Source: an uncultured delta proteobacterium (GTDB taxonomy: Bacteria; Myxococcota_A; Polyangia; Polyangiales; B10-G4). Taken from it: a stretch of 64,000 bases of DNA. The position numbers and the translations under genes were made by a program. Of this stretch, positions 1 to 9,073 are shown piece by piece (positions within the stretch are counted from its first letter, which is position 1; each line of letters starts with the position of its first letter). The notes under the pieces were generated by a model. It did not search any database. It saw nothing but the letters and a program-made list of their open reading frames with translations, and was not told the DNA's origin. Location: contig CAVSGI010000021.1 of assembly GCA_963727445.1 (NCBI GenBank), positions 544,001 to 608,000 of the forward strand. The letters run 5' to 3'.

Positions 1-1
1 G

Positions 2-1801
2 TCGCTCATCATCGGAAAGAACGAGAACGACGCGACGCTGATCATGCTCCTCGACAGCGGGGAGGTCGTGGACTTCCTCTACGAGGAGACGGAGCGCTAC
101 CCGGACCTCGCTGCCTATCTGCTGAGCCGGAAGGAGACGCTCCTCGAGATGCGGGCCGCCGCCGCGAGCGCGGCCGAGCGCACGAAGCGCGAGTGGGATC
201 CCGCGTTCCGGAAGGCGGACGACGCGGCGCTCGCGGAGGAGCTGCGTGCGACGCTCGACGCGGCCGAAGGGCGGCCGCCGGTGGCCGAGGTGGCCTCCCT
301 TCCCGATCCGAACGCCGGACCGACACCGGCCCCCGGCGACCTGGTCGTCCGGGACGAGGACGGAGATATCGTCGCTGCGGTGGAGCTCGGGCTGACGCTC
401 TATCTCGGCGCCGCGCCGACCGAGGAAGAGACGCTCGAGACCTTCCGCGCGTTCCGTCGCGTCTTCCCCGTGCCGGGCCCCATGAAGTGGAGCCTCGCCG
501 ACCGCATGGTCTTCTCGATGAAGGAGAGCGACGATCCGGACGCGGAGCCCTTCGCCGATCAGCTACGCGTCGACGACTCCGGGTTCTATGGCCTTCGCGT
601 CCTCTTCGGTACGGACGACGCGCCCTACATCCTGAACGTCCGAGGCATCCCCCCGGAGGAGATCTACGAGGACGACGAGGGCGACGAGGGCGACGACTCC
701 GAGCCCCGGCTCGAGCGGAGGGCCTCCTTCGTCGAGGTGTTGGTGCCGGTCACCGAAGACCCCGAGAAGCTCCGCGCGCTCGCCCACGCGCTTTCGGAGC
801 TGCTCCCCATCAGGAGCGGTCACGGCGGCTACTCGGCGCGCGCCTCGGACCAAGAGGACGAGTCCTGGGCAGCGATCTTCGGCTGGTGTCGTCGCTTCTT
901 CGGCGTCGACGCGTGCTTCGTGGACGGCTGGCTCGGCGGGGCGCTCCATCGACACCGCGGGGCCGGGTGGCTGACCGTGCTCGGGCCGCCCTTTCTCTCC
1001 GCGCTCGGCACCTTCGCGCTGCCGGACGCCGTGACCCGTCACGATGGCGCCCGCGCGACCGTCTTGACCGCGGGGCCGCCGACCCTGGGCGACGTGGCGC
1101 AAGGGCAGATCCCCACCGCGATCATGGAGGTCGCGCGCCTCCTCGCGCCCATCACTCTCACCGAGTGGCAGAAGCGCGGGCACATCAGCGCGGGCGGCCT
1201 CTGGTTCTCCACCTTCGCGACGGAGCTCCCGGGCGCCTTCGGGCACCACCATGCGACCGAGAGCTTCCTCCGGCGCTTCGTCGATCCGATGGCCTTCGTC
1301 GGCCCGAGCGCTCGGGAGGTCGGTCTCGAGATCATCGAGCGCTTGAAGGCGAGCATGGACGCGGAAAAGCTCGAGGCATGGAGCGCGCAGACGGACCTCG
1401 ACGACCTCGAGTTCTTCCGCGACGTCATGGTCGCGCTCTTCGCCGGCGCTCATCACACGCCCGACGACGCGCTCCGAATCGAAGCGCTCGAGCACGCGAC
1501 GCGCTTCCCCGGCTGGTCACCTGCGGCCGCCTACAACAACCTGCTCAATCACTACTTCGCGGCCGATCGCATCGATGACGCCATGGCGCTGATGCCCATG
1601 GCACTCGAGACCGCGAAGGACAACCCCTACACCTATCACTCGGCGGCCTGCTGTCTCGTGAAGGCCGGCCGCCTCGACGAGGCGATGGACGCCGTGCGCC
1701 ACGCGGCGGAGGCCGAGTACGAGCACCTCGACAAGCTCGAGGTGGACGACGACCTCGCGCCCTTGATGGAGCGCGAGGAGTGGAAGCGGCTCTTCGGCTG
1801 A
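2..1801 (+). CDS. 5'-truncated multidomain putative immunity protein: possible SMI1/KNR4 (SUKH) tail, DUF3396-like central domain, C-terminal TPR
   Basis: Frame is open from base 2. The central region has a DUF3396-like pattern (LGLTLYL...SGHGG...GWLTVLG...GDV). The C-terminus YHSAACCLVKAGRLDEAMDAVRHA is TPR-like. The SUKH call rests only on the visible end (LLDSGEVVDFLYEE..YPDLAAYL). Confidence 0.55.
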   Translation, partial: SLIIGKNENDATLIMLLDSGEVVDFLYEETERYPDLAAYLLSRKETLLEMRAAAASAAERTKREWDPAFRKADDAALAEELRATLDAAEGRPPVAEVASLPDPNAGPTPAPGDLVVRDEDGDIVAAVELGLTLYLGAAPTEEETLETFRAFRRVFPVPGPMKWSLADRMVFSMKESDDPDAEPFADQLRVDDSGFYGLRVLFGTDDAPYILNVRGIPPEEIYEDDEGDEGDDSEPRLERRASFVEVLVPVTEDPEKLRALAHALSELLPIRSGHGGYSARASDQEDESWAAIFGWCRRFFGVDACFVDGWLGGALHRHRGAGWLTVLGPPFLSALGTFALPDAVTRHDGARATVLTAGPPTLGDVAQGQIPTAIMEVARLLAPITLTEWQKRGHISAGGLWFSTFATELPGAFGHHHATESFLRRFVDPMAFVGPSAREVGLEIIERLKASMDAEKLEAWSAQTDLDDLEFFRDVMVALFAGAHHTPDDALRIEALEHATRFPGWSPAAAYNNLLNHYFAADRIDDAMALMPMALETAKDNPYTYHSAACCLVKAGRLDEAMDAVRHAAEAEYEHLDKLEVDDDLAPLMEREEWKRLFG

Positions 1802-1907
1802 GCTCGGCGCGCCGAACGCGTCCAATCAACAGCCGGGCAAGGGCACGGGAGTCTAGTCTATAGACTAGAAGCTATCTCAAAACTCAGCGCTCGCGAACTG
1901 CATGACC

Positions 1908-2149
1908 GCGCCGAAGGGAGGGTCCCACCCCGGGGCTCGGGGACCTTGCAGATGCGAGCGCGAGGCAAGACCAGCAACGTGGTCTCGTCGGCAATCCAGC
2001 TCCGCGTCGCCTGACGGCACCGCTACGCCTTCTTGCCGACTAGAGAGCGCTCGCGCAAGGTCCCCTGTCCGTCCGTGCCAACGCGGGTGCGACACTGCGT
2101 GCGCGTTGGCACGGCCGGACACCCCGGGGTGCGACCCTCCCTCCGGCGC
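1908..2149. other. Highly base-paired multibranch element in the IS, downstream of the transposase (candidate ncRNA or nested MITE)
   Basis: Outer stem 1908-1935/2122-2149 (26 of 28 complementary). Inner stems 1939-1949/2055-2065, 1954-1961/2047-2054, 1968-1973/1980-1985, 1987-1994/2033-2040, 2066-2071/2116-2121 and 2073-2085/2102-2114. Confidence 0.6.
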
Positions 2150-2190
2150 CTGATAGATCAATCTCGGACGAGTTTCTCGAACTGGGTGAT

Positions 2191-2961
2191 TCAGAACTGT
2201 CTGAGCAGGATGACGAGACAGCCGAGCTGCACGAAGCCCAGGAAGTTTTCTGGCCGGCGTTCGTAGCGGGTAACGAGCCGTCGGAAGTTCTGCAGCCACG
2301 TGAACACTCGCTCGACGAGCCATCGCCGACGGTAGCGACGCAACGGTCGACCATCCTGGGTGTGGCGCCGACGCCGCGGATGATGTGGCGCAATCATCTC
2401 GATGTCGCGCTCCACGAGGAGGTTCGTGTCGAGCTTGTCACTGTCGTACGCCTTGTCTCCGATCAAACGTTGCGGCAGCTCGTCCAAGAAGGCCGCGTCT
2501 AACGTTTCGTCGACGAGCGTGACCTCATGACGCTGACCACTCGCAATCGAGAGCGGCGATAGGAAGACCATTGCCGTCTGCGACTGCCATGATCTTGGTG
2601 GCCTTCCCGCGACGAGTTTTTCCAACGCAAGGCCCCCCTTTTTGGCTCCCGCGTGGGTGCCGTCGATGAATCCTTCTGTCAGGTCCAGCTTCCCGCGATC
2701 CCGTAGGTCTTCAGCCAACGCTCGCAGCATTCGCTCCATCACACCTTCGTCGACCCACTGCTGATAGCGTCGGTGGCATGTCTGGTACGGCGGATAACGT
2801 CCTGGCAGATCGCCCCACTGCGCACCGGTGCGTAGAATCCACAGCACGCCGTCGAGCACCTCACGAGCAGACCGTCGTGGCCTTCCTGGGCTGCCCCTAC
2901 GTCTGTCGCGCTCAGGAAGAAGGGGCTCCAGGATTTTCCACTCCTGATCGGTCAGATCCAT
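2191..2961 (-). CDS. IS5-family DDE transposase with -1 frameshift site and an apparent extra base near 2555
   Basis: Motifs [47 protein letters not shown]5G6 slippery run at 2633-2643 on the minus strand. Confidence 0.92.
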   Translation of the reverse strand: MDLTDQEWKILEPLLPERDRRRGSPGRPRRSAREVLDGVLWILRTGAQWGDLPGRYPPYQTCHRRYQQWVDEGVMERMLRALAEDLRDRGKLDLTEGFIDGTHAGAKKGGLALEKLVAGRPPRSWQSQTAMVFLSPLSIASGQRHEVTLVDETLDAAFLDELPQRLIGDKAYDSDKLDTNLLVERDIEMIAPHHPRRRRHTQDGRPLRRYRRRWLVERVFTWLQNFRRLVTRYERRPENFLGFVQLGCLVILLRQF

Positions 2962-3057
2962 TCAGACCGTAGATCAGAAAACCGATCCGACGTCGATCCC
3001 CCAACGCTTTCTCCTTAATCCTCGCAGACTTAGATCCCACGAGTTTTGAGATAGCTT

Positions 3058-4449
3058 CTAGCGGCCCTGCATCGGGATCCCGAGCGTGTCGCGGGTGCCG
3101 GGGTGTTCCGCGCTGGTCCAGATCAGGCGCTCGGCACGCTCGACATAGAGATCCTCGCAGCCGCGCGGCCACGCGGTGATCTGGCTGGTGAGCCCGGGGC
3201 GGTTTCGGTAGAGGCGTCCGTAACCCGAAGCCTGGCTCGAGCTGGAGACGTAGTAGACGTCTTCGAAGGTGACCGCCCCCTGCATGCGTGATTGCGCGGC
3301 GAGCACCGCGTCCTCCGCGAAGACGCGCCCGCCCGAGCCCGCGAGCCAGCCCGAGGCGAGGTCGACCGGCCAGCGCACCACCCGTCCGTCGACGTCGTCG
3401 GCATGGTACTCCCCGCTCACGAGCGCCGGCGGGGTGCCGTCGCGGTCGAAGCCCACGAAGGAGAAGCGGACGCGACAGGAGTCGCCCGCGAGGGAGTAGC
3501 GGGCGATCTCGGGGACCGCGTAGCGGTAGCCGTGTGCGTCGCTTCGAGTGCCCGAGAAGCCGATGCGTCCCGTGTCGTCGGTGTTCGTCGGCCGGAAGAT
3601 GCGCGCCATGTCGTAGACGCGGAAGCCGCGGGAGGTGATGGCGACGTAGAGCTTGTCGCCGATCCACGCGATGCCGCCGGCATGCACGGCCGCGCCGTCG
3701 CCGTAGGTCGCGGCTTCGAAGTCGACCGTGGCGCCATCGCCGACCGGCGTGACCAGGAGCAGGTGGCGGTAGCGGACGTTCTCCAGATCCGTGATGTCCG
3801 CCAGGCTCACCCGCACGCCCTTCGTGGGGAGCGCGTCGGTCCGGTGATACCAGCTGACCAGAACCGTGCGGCGACCCGAGACTCGACCGTCCTCCCGCGC
3901 GTCGCTCGAGCCGGTCATCCCCTGCGGATACCAGTAGTCCACGTCCTCGTCGCCGGCGTTCCAGCGGAAGCCCACGAAGTCGTGATTGCGCATTCGGTAG
4001 GCCGAGTCCGCGGAGATGCCGGCGCGCCCAGCGCGGTTGAGATGGCCGACGACGGAGTCGATGGAGACCGCGCCGCCGGCCCGCGTCACGAGAGCATCGG
4101 CGCGCGCCTCGGCCGCCGCGCGATCATGGGGGCCCTCGAGGACGAAGGCGCAGCCGTCGACCGACTCCATCGCCTGCTCCGTCGGGCTGCCCTCGACACC
4201 GCGACAGGCGCTGACGCCGGGACATCGAGGCGGCGCCGCATCTTCTGCGCCGTCGACACCCGCGTCCATCGGCTCGGCGTCCATCGAGGTCGCGTCGGCG
4301 AGGGCGTCGCCGTCGGAGGTCGCGCCATCCCGCGAACCCGCGTCGGCGCCCCCGTCGGCCGTCGACCCGTCGCTCGGCGCCGCGCTTTGTCCGCAGGCGG
4401 CGACGAGCCACGTGACGAGGACGGCCGTGCGTACAGCGGCGAGGACCAT
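3058..4449 (-). CDS. Secreted lipoprotein of unknown function (WYPQG motif, probable beta-propeller)
   Basis: Lipobox VAAC, acidic DGG/DAG linker, Trp/Tyr-rich globular domain (WYPQGMTGSSDA, HAGGIAW). Confidence 0.7.
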   Translation of the reverse strand: MVLAAVRTAVLVTWLVAACGQSAAPSDGSTADGGADAGSRDGATSDGDALADATSMDAEPMDAGVDGAEDAAPPRCPGVSACRGVEGSPTEQAMESVDGCAFVLEGPHDRAAAEARADALVTRAGGAVSIDSVVGHLNRAGRAGISADSAYRMRNHDFVGFRWNAGDEDVDYWYPQGMTGSSDAREDGRVSGRRTVLVSWYHRTDALPTKGVRVSLADITDLENVRYRHLLLVTPVGDGATVDFEAATYGDGAAVHAGGIAWIGDKLYVAITSRGFRVYDMARIFRPTNTDDTGRIGFSGTRSDAHGYRYAVPEIARYSLAGDSCRVRFSFVGFDRDGTPPALVSGEYHADDVDGRVVRWPVDLASGWLAGSGGRVFAEDAVLAAQSRMQGAVTFEDVYYVSSSSQASGYGRLYRNRPGLTSQITAWPRGCEDLYVERAERLIWTSAEHPGTRDTLGIPMQGR

Positions 4450-4551
4450 CGAGCGAAGATAGCGTCACGCGCGACGCCGTCGAGCCAAATGCGTGTGCGC
4501 GCTTGTTAAGTGGAGCGCCCACAATCGTGGTCAGGCGCTAGACTCCGCGCC

Positions 4552-5403
4552 ATGGATACGATCGCGGTATTGGGCATGGGCCTCCTCGGGCGGGGCTTCG
4601 CGTTGAACCTCCTGGACGAGGGGCATGCGGTGCGCGTGTGGAACCGAACGGCGAGCCGCGCGGCCGTCGTGGGCGAGGCCGGGGCGACCGTGGCCGCGAC
4701 GCCGGCCGAGGCGGTAGAGGGCGCTTCGCGCGTGCACCTCGTGCTGAAGGCCGACGACGCGGTGGACTCGGTGATCGAGGCGCTTCGTCCGTCACTCGCC
4801 GACGGGGCCTACGTCATCGATCACAGCACGAACCTGCCGGCGCGGGTGGGCGAGCGGTTCGCACGCCTTCGCGAGGACGGGGTGCGCTACGTACACGCTC
4901 CGGTCTTCATGGGTCCGCAGAACTCGCGGGAGGCGACGGGACTGATGCTCCTGAGCGGCCCTGCGGAGGACGAGGCGGCGCTGCGTCCCGCGCTCGAGAC
5001 GATGACGGGGCGCGTCTGGTACCTCGGCGAGGAGCCGGACGAGGGCGCGAAGATCAAGATCACCGGCAATGGGATGTTGGTGATGCTCACCGCGGCGATG
5101 GGTGACCTCTTCACGATGGGCGCCGCTTGCGGTGTCGGCTACGAGGAGGTCCTCGCGCTCTTCGACGAGTTCAAACCGACCCCCGCCGGCATGGGTCGCC
5201 GGGCCGTCGGCGCCAGCAAACGGCAGCCGCCGGGATTCACCATGACCATGGCGCGCAAGGACGTGGGGCTGATGCTCGAGACGGCGGGCGATCCCGACCG
5301 GCTCACGGTGCTCCCCGCCATCGCGGCGGCGATGGATCGCGCCATCGCCGAGGGGCGGGGCGAAGAGGATTTCACGAGCCTCGCTGACCCGACGCGCGAG
5401 TGA
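4552..5403 (+). CDS. NAD(P)-dependent oxidoreductase, 3-hydroxyisobutyrate dehydrogenase family
   Basis: GMGLLG Rossmann motif, VWNRT, IDHST, APVFMG, KDVGL. Confidence 0.88.
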   Translation: MDTIAVLGMGLLGRGFALNLLDEGHAVRVWNRTASRAAVVGEAGATVAATPAEAVEGASRVHLVLKADDAVDSVIEALRPSLADGAYVIDHSTNLPARVGERFARLREDGVRYVHAPVFMGPQNSREATGLMLLSGPAEDEAALRPALETMTGRVWYLGEEPDEGAKIKITGNGMLVMLTAAMGDLFTMGAACGVGYEEVLALFDEFKPTPAGMGRRAVGASKRQPPGFTMTMARKDVGLMLETAGDPDRLTVLPAIAAAMDRAIAEGRGEEDFTSLADPTRE

Positions 5404-5454
5404 TCGGGCCGACTTCCGGCGCAGAGTGACCCCCATCGGGGTTTTTCGCGCCAT

Positions 5455-6327
5455 TCACCGGTGGCCGTCCGGCCGCCCGCTTCCTTCGACGGCCGGCGCC
5501 GGCGCGCGACCACAGCTCCGCTGCAGGAACCCTTCCCACAGAAATCCGCGCCACAGATCGTAGAAGACGCCCCAGGTGTGCACGCCGCCGCCGACCAGGC
5601 GACGGCGCTCAGGAACCGAATCGGCGAGCAAGCGCTGGCTATTGGCCCAGCGCTCCTGGCGGCCGTAGCCGACGTAGATCGGCACGTGCGTTCCATCGGG
5701 CCGTCGTGGGTCGGCGGCCCAGGCCCAGATGAGATGGAAAAACGCATCCTGGGATCCGTCGGGGTCCAGGTGCGCGTTGCCGTTCAGCTCTGGATCGTCG
5801 CCGAGCGCGGCCCGCCAGGCAGCGAGGCCGCCGCTGGACTCAATCTCGCCCTCCACCCCACCAGGGAGGAAGCCGAGGCCGAGCCATGGGGAGATGAGGA
5901 TGATGCCCTCCACTTCGTCGGCGTGGGTGGCGCCGTAGCCGAGGGCTCCGAGCGCGCCCATGGAGAACCCGACGAGCCACACGCGCCGGTAGCCTCGTGC
6001 GCGCGCGGGCTCGATCACATCTTCTTCGAGGCGCTCGAGGATCGTCTGCTCCACGTAATAGCCGAGGTGGGCGTCGACGAGGATCTGGTCTTCGTCGACG
6101 TTCCTTTCGAGCTCGCGGGCGAAGCCACGGTCGACGAAGTCCATGGGGTCGCCGCCGTAGCCCGGGAGGATCACGAAGAGACAACAATCGGGATCCGGCT
6201 CCCGGGTGAAGCTCATCTGGTGCATGGGCACCGTGGCCGCGGGCGCTGGCGGATGCAGGCAGCCGCAGAGCGAGAGGGCCGAGAACAGGACTGTCGAGAC
6301 GCGCCGCATGGTCGCTTGGTCGGCCAT
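5455..6327 (-). CDS. Alpha/beta hydrolase lipoprotein
   Basis: Lipobox LCGC, LPGYGG oxyanion region, GFSMG nucleophile elbow, GGVHTW His motif. Confidence 0.8.
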   Translation of the reverse strand: MADQATMRRVSTVLFSALSLCGCLHPPAPAATVPMHQMSFTREPDPDCCLFVILPGYGGDPMDFVDRGFARELERNVDEDQILVDAHLGYYVEQTILERLEEDVIEPARARGYRRVWLVGFSMGALGALGYGATHADEVEGIILISPWLGLGFLPGGVEGEIESSGGLAAWRAALGDDPELNGNAHLDPDGSQDAFFHLIWAWAADPRRPDGTHVPIYVGYGRQERWANSQRLLADSVPERRRLVGGGVHTWGVFYDLWRGFLWEGFLQRSCGRAPAPAVEGSGRPDGHR

Positions 6328-6433
6328 CGTAACGCGTGGGAACCGGACCAGCGGTCCGGTGTGGTCCAGTGTGGTTCACCCGGCGATAGCCAAGAAGTCG
6401 CCTGTTTACCGGGGATTTCGAGAACCGCGGCGC

Positions 6434-6449
6434 CGGCATGGCGCCTGCT
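6434..6449 (+). promoter_or_regulatory. Putative sigma-54 (-24/-12) promoter
   Basis: CGGCATGGCGCCTGCT has the GG-N10-GC spacing and sits upstream of RBS GAGGAGG (6468-6474) and ATG 6479. Confidence 0.55.
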
Positions 6450-6478
6450 CATGTCCCGTTTCGACCCGAGGAGGAACG

Positions 6479-8887
6479 ATGACTGGGACGAACGAGAAGC
6501 GGAAGCGGTGGCGGTCGTGGTGGACCCTGCCGCTGGTGTTTGCGGCGATGACGGGATGCGCAGCAGAGGTCGGTGATGGGGAGGTCGCAGGTGATGGGGA
6601 GGAGCTTCTCTTCATGGCCGAGGCATACGACCCATCCGACGTCTGTGACTTCCGAATGGTGGCGGAAGCAGGTTCGGGGACGCTCGAGTTCCCCTACTGT
6701 GCCACCGCCGACGTCACGCCCGGCGGATGGGGACCGTATCCCCCCTTCGACGACGTTCGCACGCTCATCTTCGCCCAGCACGGGCGCGGCTCCGACGCAC
6801 AGATGTACCTGGACTATGCGAATCAGGCTGTCACGGCCGCGCACTCGGCGCACTTCGTGGAGTCGGGCGAGACATTCGTCATCGCGCCGCAGTTCGTCGA
6901 GCCGAGCGAGCTCGACGAGGTCTACGACTGGTACTGGGACGACCTCTTCGTGTGGAACGAGTACGGCGCCGATCACGATTGGGCGCTCGGTGGGACGTCC
7001 TCGTGGCCGGGCGCGCCCGGGAGTCGCAGCTCGTTCTCGATCTTGGAGGAGCTCCTCACCCGCGCCATCCAGCGGATGCCGAACCTCGAAGAGATCGTCT
7101 TCGTCGGTCAGTCGGCCGGTGGACAGTTCACCCAGCGCTACGCGCTCCTCAACGACTACGACTTCCCGGAGGGCGTGCACGTCCGTTACGTGCCGACCAA
7201 CGGCTGGGCCTACGCGTATCCGAGCGACGAGCGGCGCGACTACCTCTTCGGCGGCTTCGAGGAGCCGAACATGGCCCTGAGCTTCAAGTACTTCCCGGAC
7301 ACGGAAGTCTGCTCACCGACCGCGAGCTGGAGCAGCTGCGACTACGACACCTACGAGCTCGGTCTCGGCCGCGTGCCGGCGACCCATTGGGCGGCGTCGG
7401 TGCTCCCCACGTTCGGACCCGCCGGCTCCGATCCGGACTGGGTCGAGAACGTCGACATCCTCTCCGTCGGGCTCCGCTATCGCAGCCGCGACGTGACCTA
7501 CCTGGCCGCCGAAGCGGACGTCGTCCACGCCGAGCAGTGCCATTGCGGCATGCAGATGCAGGGCGAGAACCGCCGGCAGCGGGCTCAGAACCTGAGCGAC
7601 TACATGAAGACGCTCTGGAACGCGCCGACGCACGACGTGATGCCGGTGCCCGACCAGGGTCATGGCGGCCAGTCCTTCCGGGAGCCCTGCGGCGTCGCGG
7701 CGATCTTCGGCCACCCCGAGCACTGCCAGCCGCTCACCGAGCGGACCGTCGGTTCGGGATGGAGCGGTGACATCGTCTCGATCGCCTACGGAAACGTGGA
7801 CGATGACCCGGCCGACGAGGTCGCCATCGTTCGCAACCAGGGCCTCGGCGGCCAGGTGTTGGTGCTCGACGACCGCGCCCATCGCCACGCCGTGCTCTTC
7901 GAGCCGAGCGCGGGATGGGGCTTTCTGCAGATCCCGCGGGAGGTCGCCTTCGGTGACACCAACGGCGACGGGTTGGACGAGCTGGGCGTGGTGCGCAGCA
8001 CGAGCTCCGGCGACTCGTGGTTCGTGTACCGGCGCAACGACGGTGGCAGCTGGAGCACCGTCGGCCATGGCGGCGCCGATTGGCCGTCGCCGCGTTCCGC
8101 GTATCACATCGCGTTCGGCGACATCGACGGCGACGGCACCGACGACGAGCTGATCGTCGCGCGAAACGCGACATCGGGCCCGCGCTGGTACTACTACGGG
8201 GTCCACTCGAACGCGCTCTATACCGAGCGGAGCGCCGGTCAGTACTGGGGCGACGGCATCTTCATCACCGATATCGCCTGCGGCGACACCGATGGTGACG
8301 GACAGGCCGAGGTCGGCATCTCCACCAACGCGACGACCGGAGCTCGCGTGCAGGTCCACCACATGAACGGCTACTACGTCCAATCGGTCGACACCATCGG
8401 TACCGGGTGGCGTACCAACCACGTCGTCAGGCATCTGACCTTCGGCAACATGGATGACGACGACGGGGAAGAGATGTTCATCGGGCGAAGCGTGTATCCC
8501 GGCTACGACCGTTGGGTCGTGATGAACGACGCGACGCAGGGTTATGCCGTAGTCGCCGGCGGTGGCCGAAACGGCGACCCGGGGTGGCCCAGCGACGCTT
8601 CGATCACCGACGTCGACTTCGGTTTCCTCGACGCCTGGCACCACTATCCGGCGCTCGCCGTTTCCGCGCTCTCCGACAGTGGCCCGGTGCTGGAGATCGT
8701 GACCATGCAGGTCCGCGACGATGTCCTGAAGGTCGGTGACTACTCGCGACCCGAGGTGGCGGCGAACGTCGACGTGCGAAGCGTCGCGTTCGGAGACATC
8801 GACGGTCTCGGCGGCGACGAGATCGCCTACGGCGTGGACGACGCACAGGACGTGGGCTTCGGGGTGCGCGCGCTACCGGCACCGTAG
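6479..8887 (+). CDS. Secreted lipoprotein: alpha/beta hydrolase fused to FG-GAP-like beta-propeller
   Basis: Strong RBS, lipobox MTGC, QHGRG, GQSAGGQ elbow, and repeated (F/Y)GDxDGDGxDE Ca-binding motifs in the C-terminal half. Confidence 0.8.
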   Translation: MTGTNEKRKRWRSWWTLPLVFAAMTGCAAEVGDGEVAGDGEELLFMAEAYDPSDVCDFRMVAEAGSGTLEFPYCATADVTPGGWGPYPPFDDVRTLIFAQHGRGSDAQMYLDYANQAVTAAHSAHFVESGETFVIAPQFVEPSELDEVYDWYWDDLFVWNEYGADHDWALGGTSSWPGAPGSRSSFSILEELLTRAIQRMPNLEEIVFVGQSAGGQFTQRYALLNDYDFPEGVHVRYVPTNGWAYAYPSDERRDYLFGGFEEPNMALSFKYFPDTEVCSPTASWSSCDYDTYELGLGRVPATHWAASVLPTFGPAGSDPDWVENVDILSVGLRYRSRDVTYLAAEADVVHAEQCHCGMQMQGENRRQRAQNLSDYMKTLWNAPTHDVMPVPDQGHGGQSFREPCGVAAIFGHPEHCQPLTERTVGSGWSGDIVSIAYGNVDDDPADEVAIVRNQGLGGQVLVLDDRAHRHAVLFEPSAGWGFLQIPREVAFGDTNGDGLDELGVVRSTSSGDSWFVYRRNDGGSWSTVGHGGADWPSPRSAYHIAFGDIDGDGTDDELIVARNATSGPRWYYYGVHSNALYTERSAGQYWGDGIFITDIACGDTDGDGQAEVGISTNATTGARVQVHHMNGYYVQSVDTIGTGWRTNHVVRHLTFGNMDDDDGEEMFIGRSVYPGYDRWVVMNDATQGYAVVAGGGRNGDPGWPSDASITDVDFGFLDAWHHYPALAVSALSDSGPVLEIVTMQVRDDVLKVGDYSRPEVAANVDVRSVAFGDIDGLGGDEIAYGVDDAQDVGFGVRALPAP

Positions 8888-8911
8888 CCGTCTTCGAAGA
8901 AGCGGAAGAGA

Positions 8912-8943
8912 CGAGAGCCGCCCGGCGCGCCGGGCGGCTCTCG
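8912..8943. repeat. Perfect 32-bp GC-rich palindrome (possible terminator or stability hairpin)
   Basis: CGAGAGCCGCCCGGCG|CGCCGGGCGGCTCTCG, 25 bp after the stop at 8887. Confidence 0.7.
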
Positions 8944-9073
8944 GCCTTTGGCGCCGGGTTGTCGCGCCGGACCCGATCCGGGGAGAATCGGACGCCATCC
9001 CTTGGCCGTCCGTGATACGCACCCAGCGCTGGCCGAAGGAGGAGGTCGATGAGAAGAGCGACGGGCCTGGCTG

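Larger units (their letters stand above)
1868..3058 (-). mobile_element. IS5-family (IS427-like) insertion sequence with both ends
   Basis: Perfect 18-bp terminal inverted repeats GAAGCTATCTCAAAACTC (1868-1885) and GAGTTTTGAGATAGCTTC (3041-3058), flanked by TA on both sides in a CTAG context (TA versus CTAG duplication is ambiguous by 1 bp). Encloses the transposase. Confidence 0.9.
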
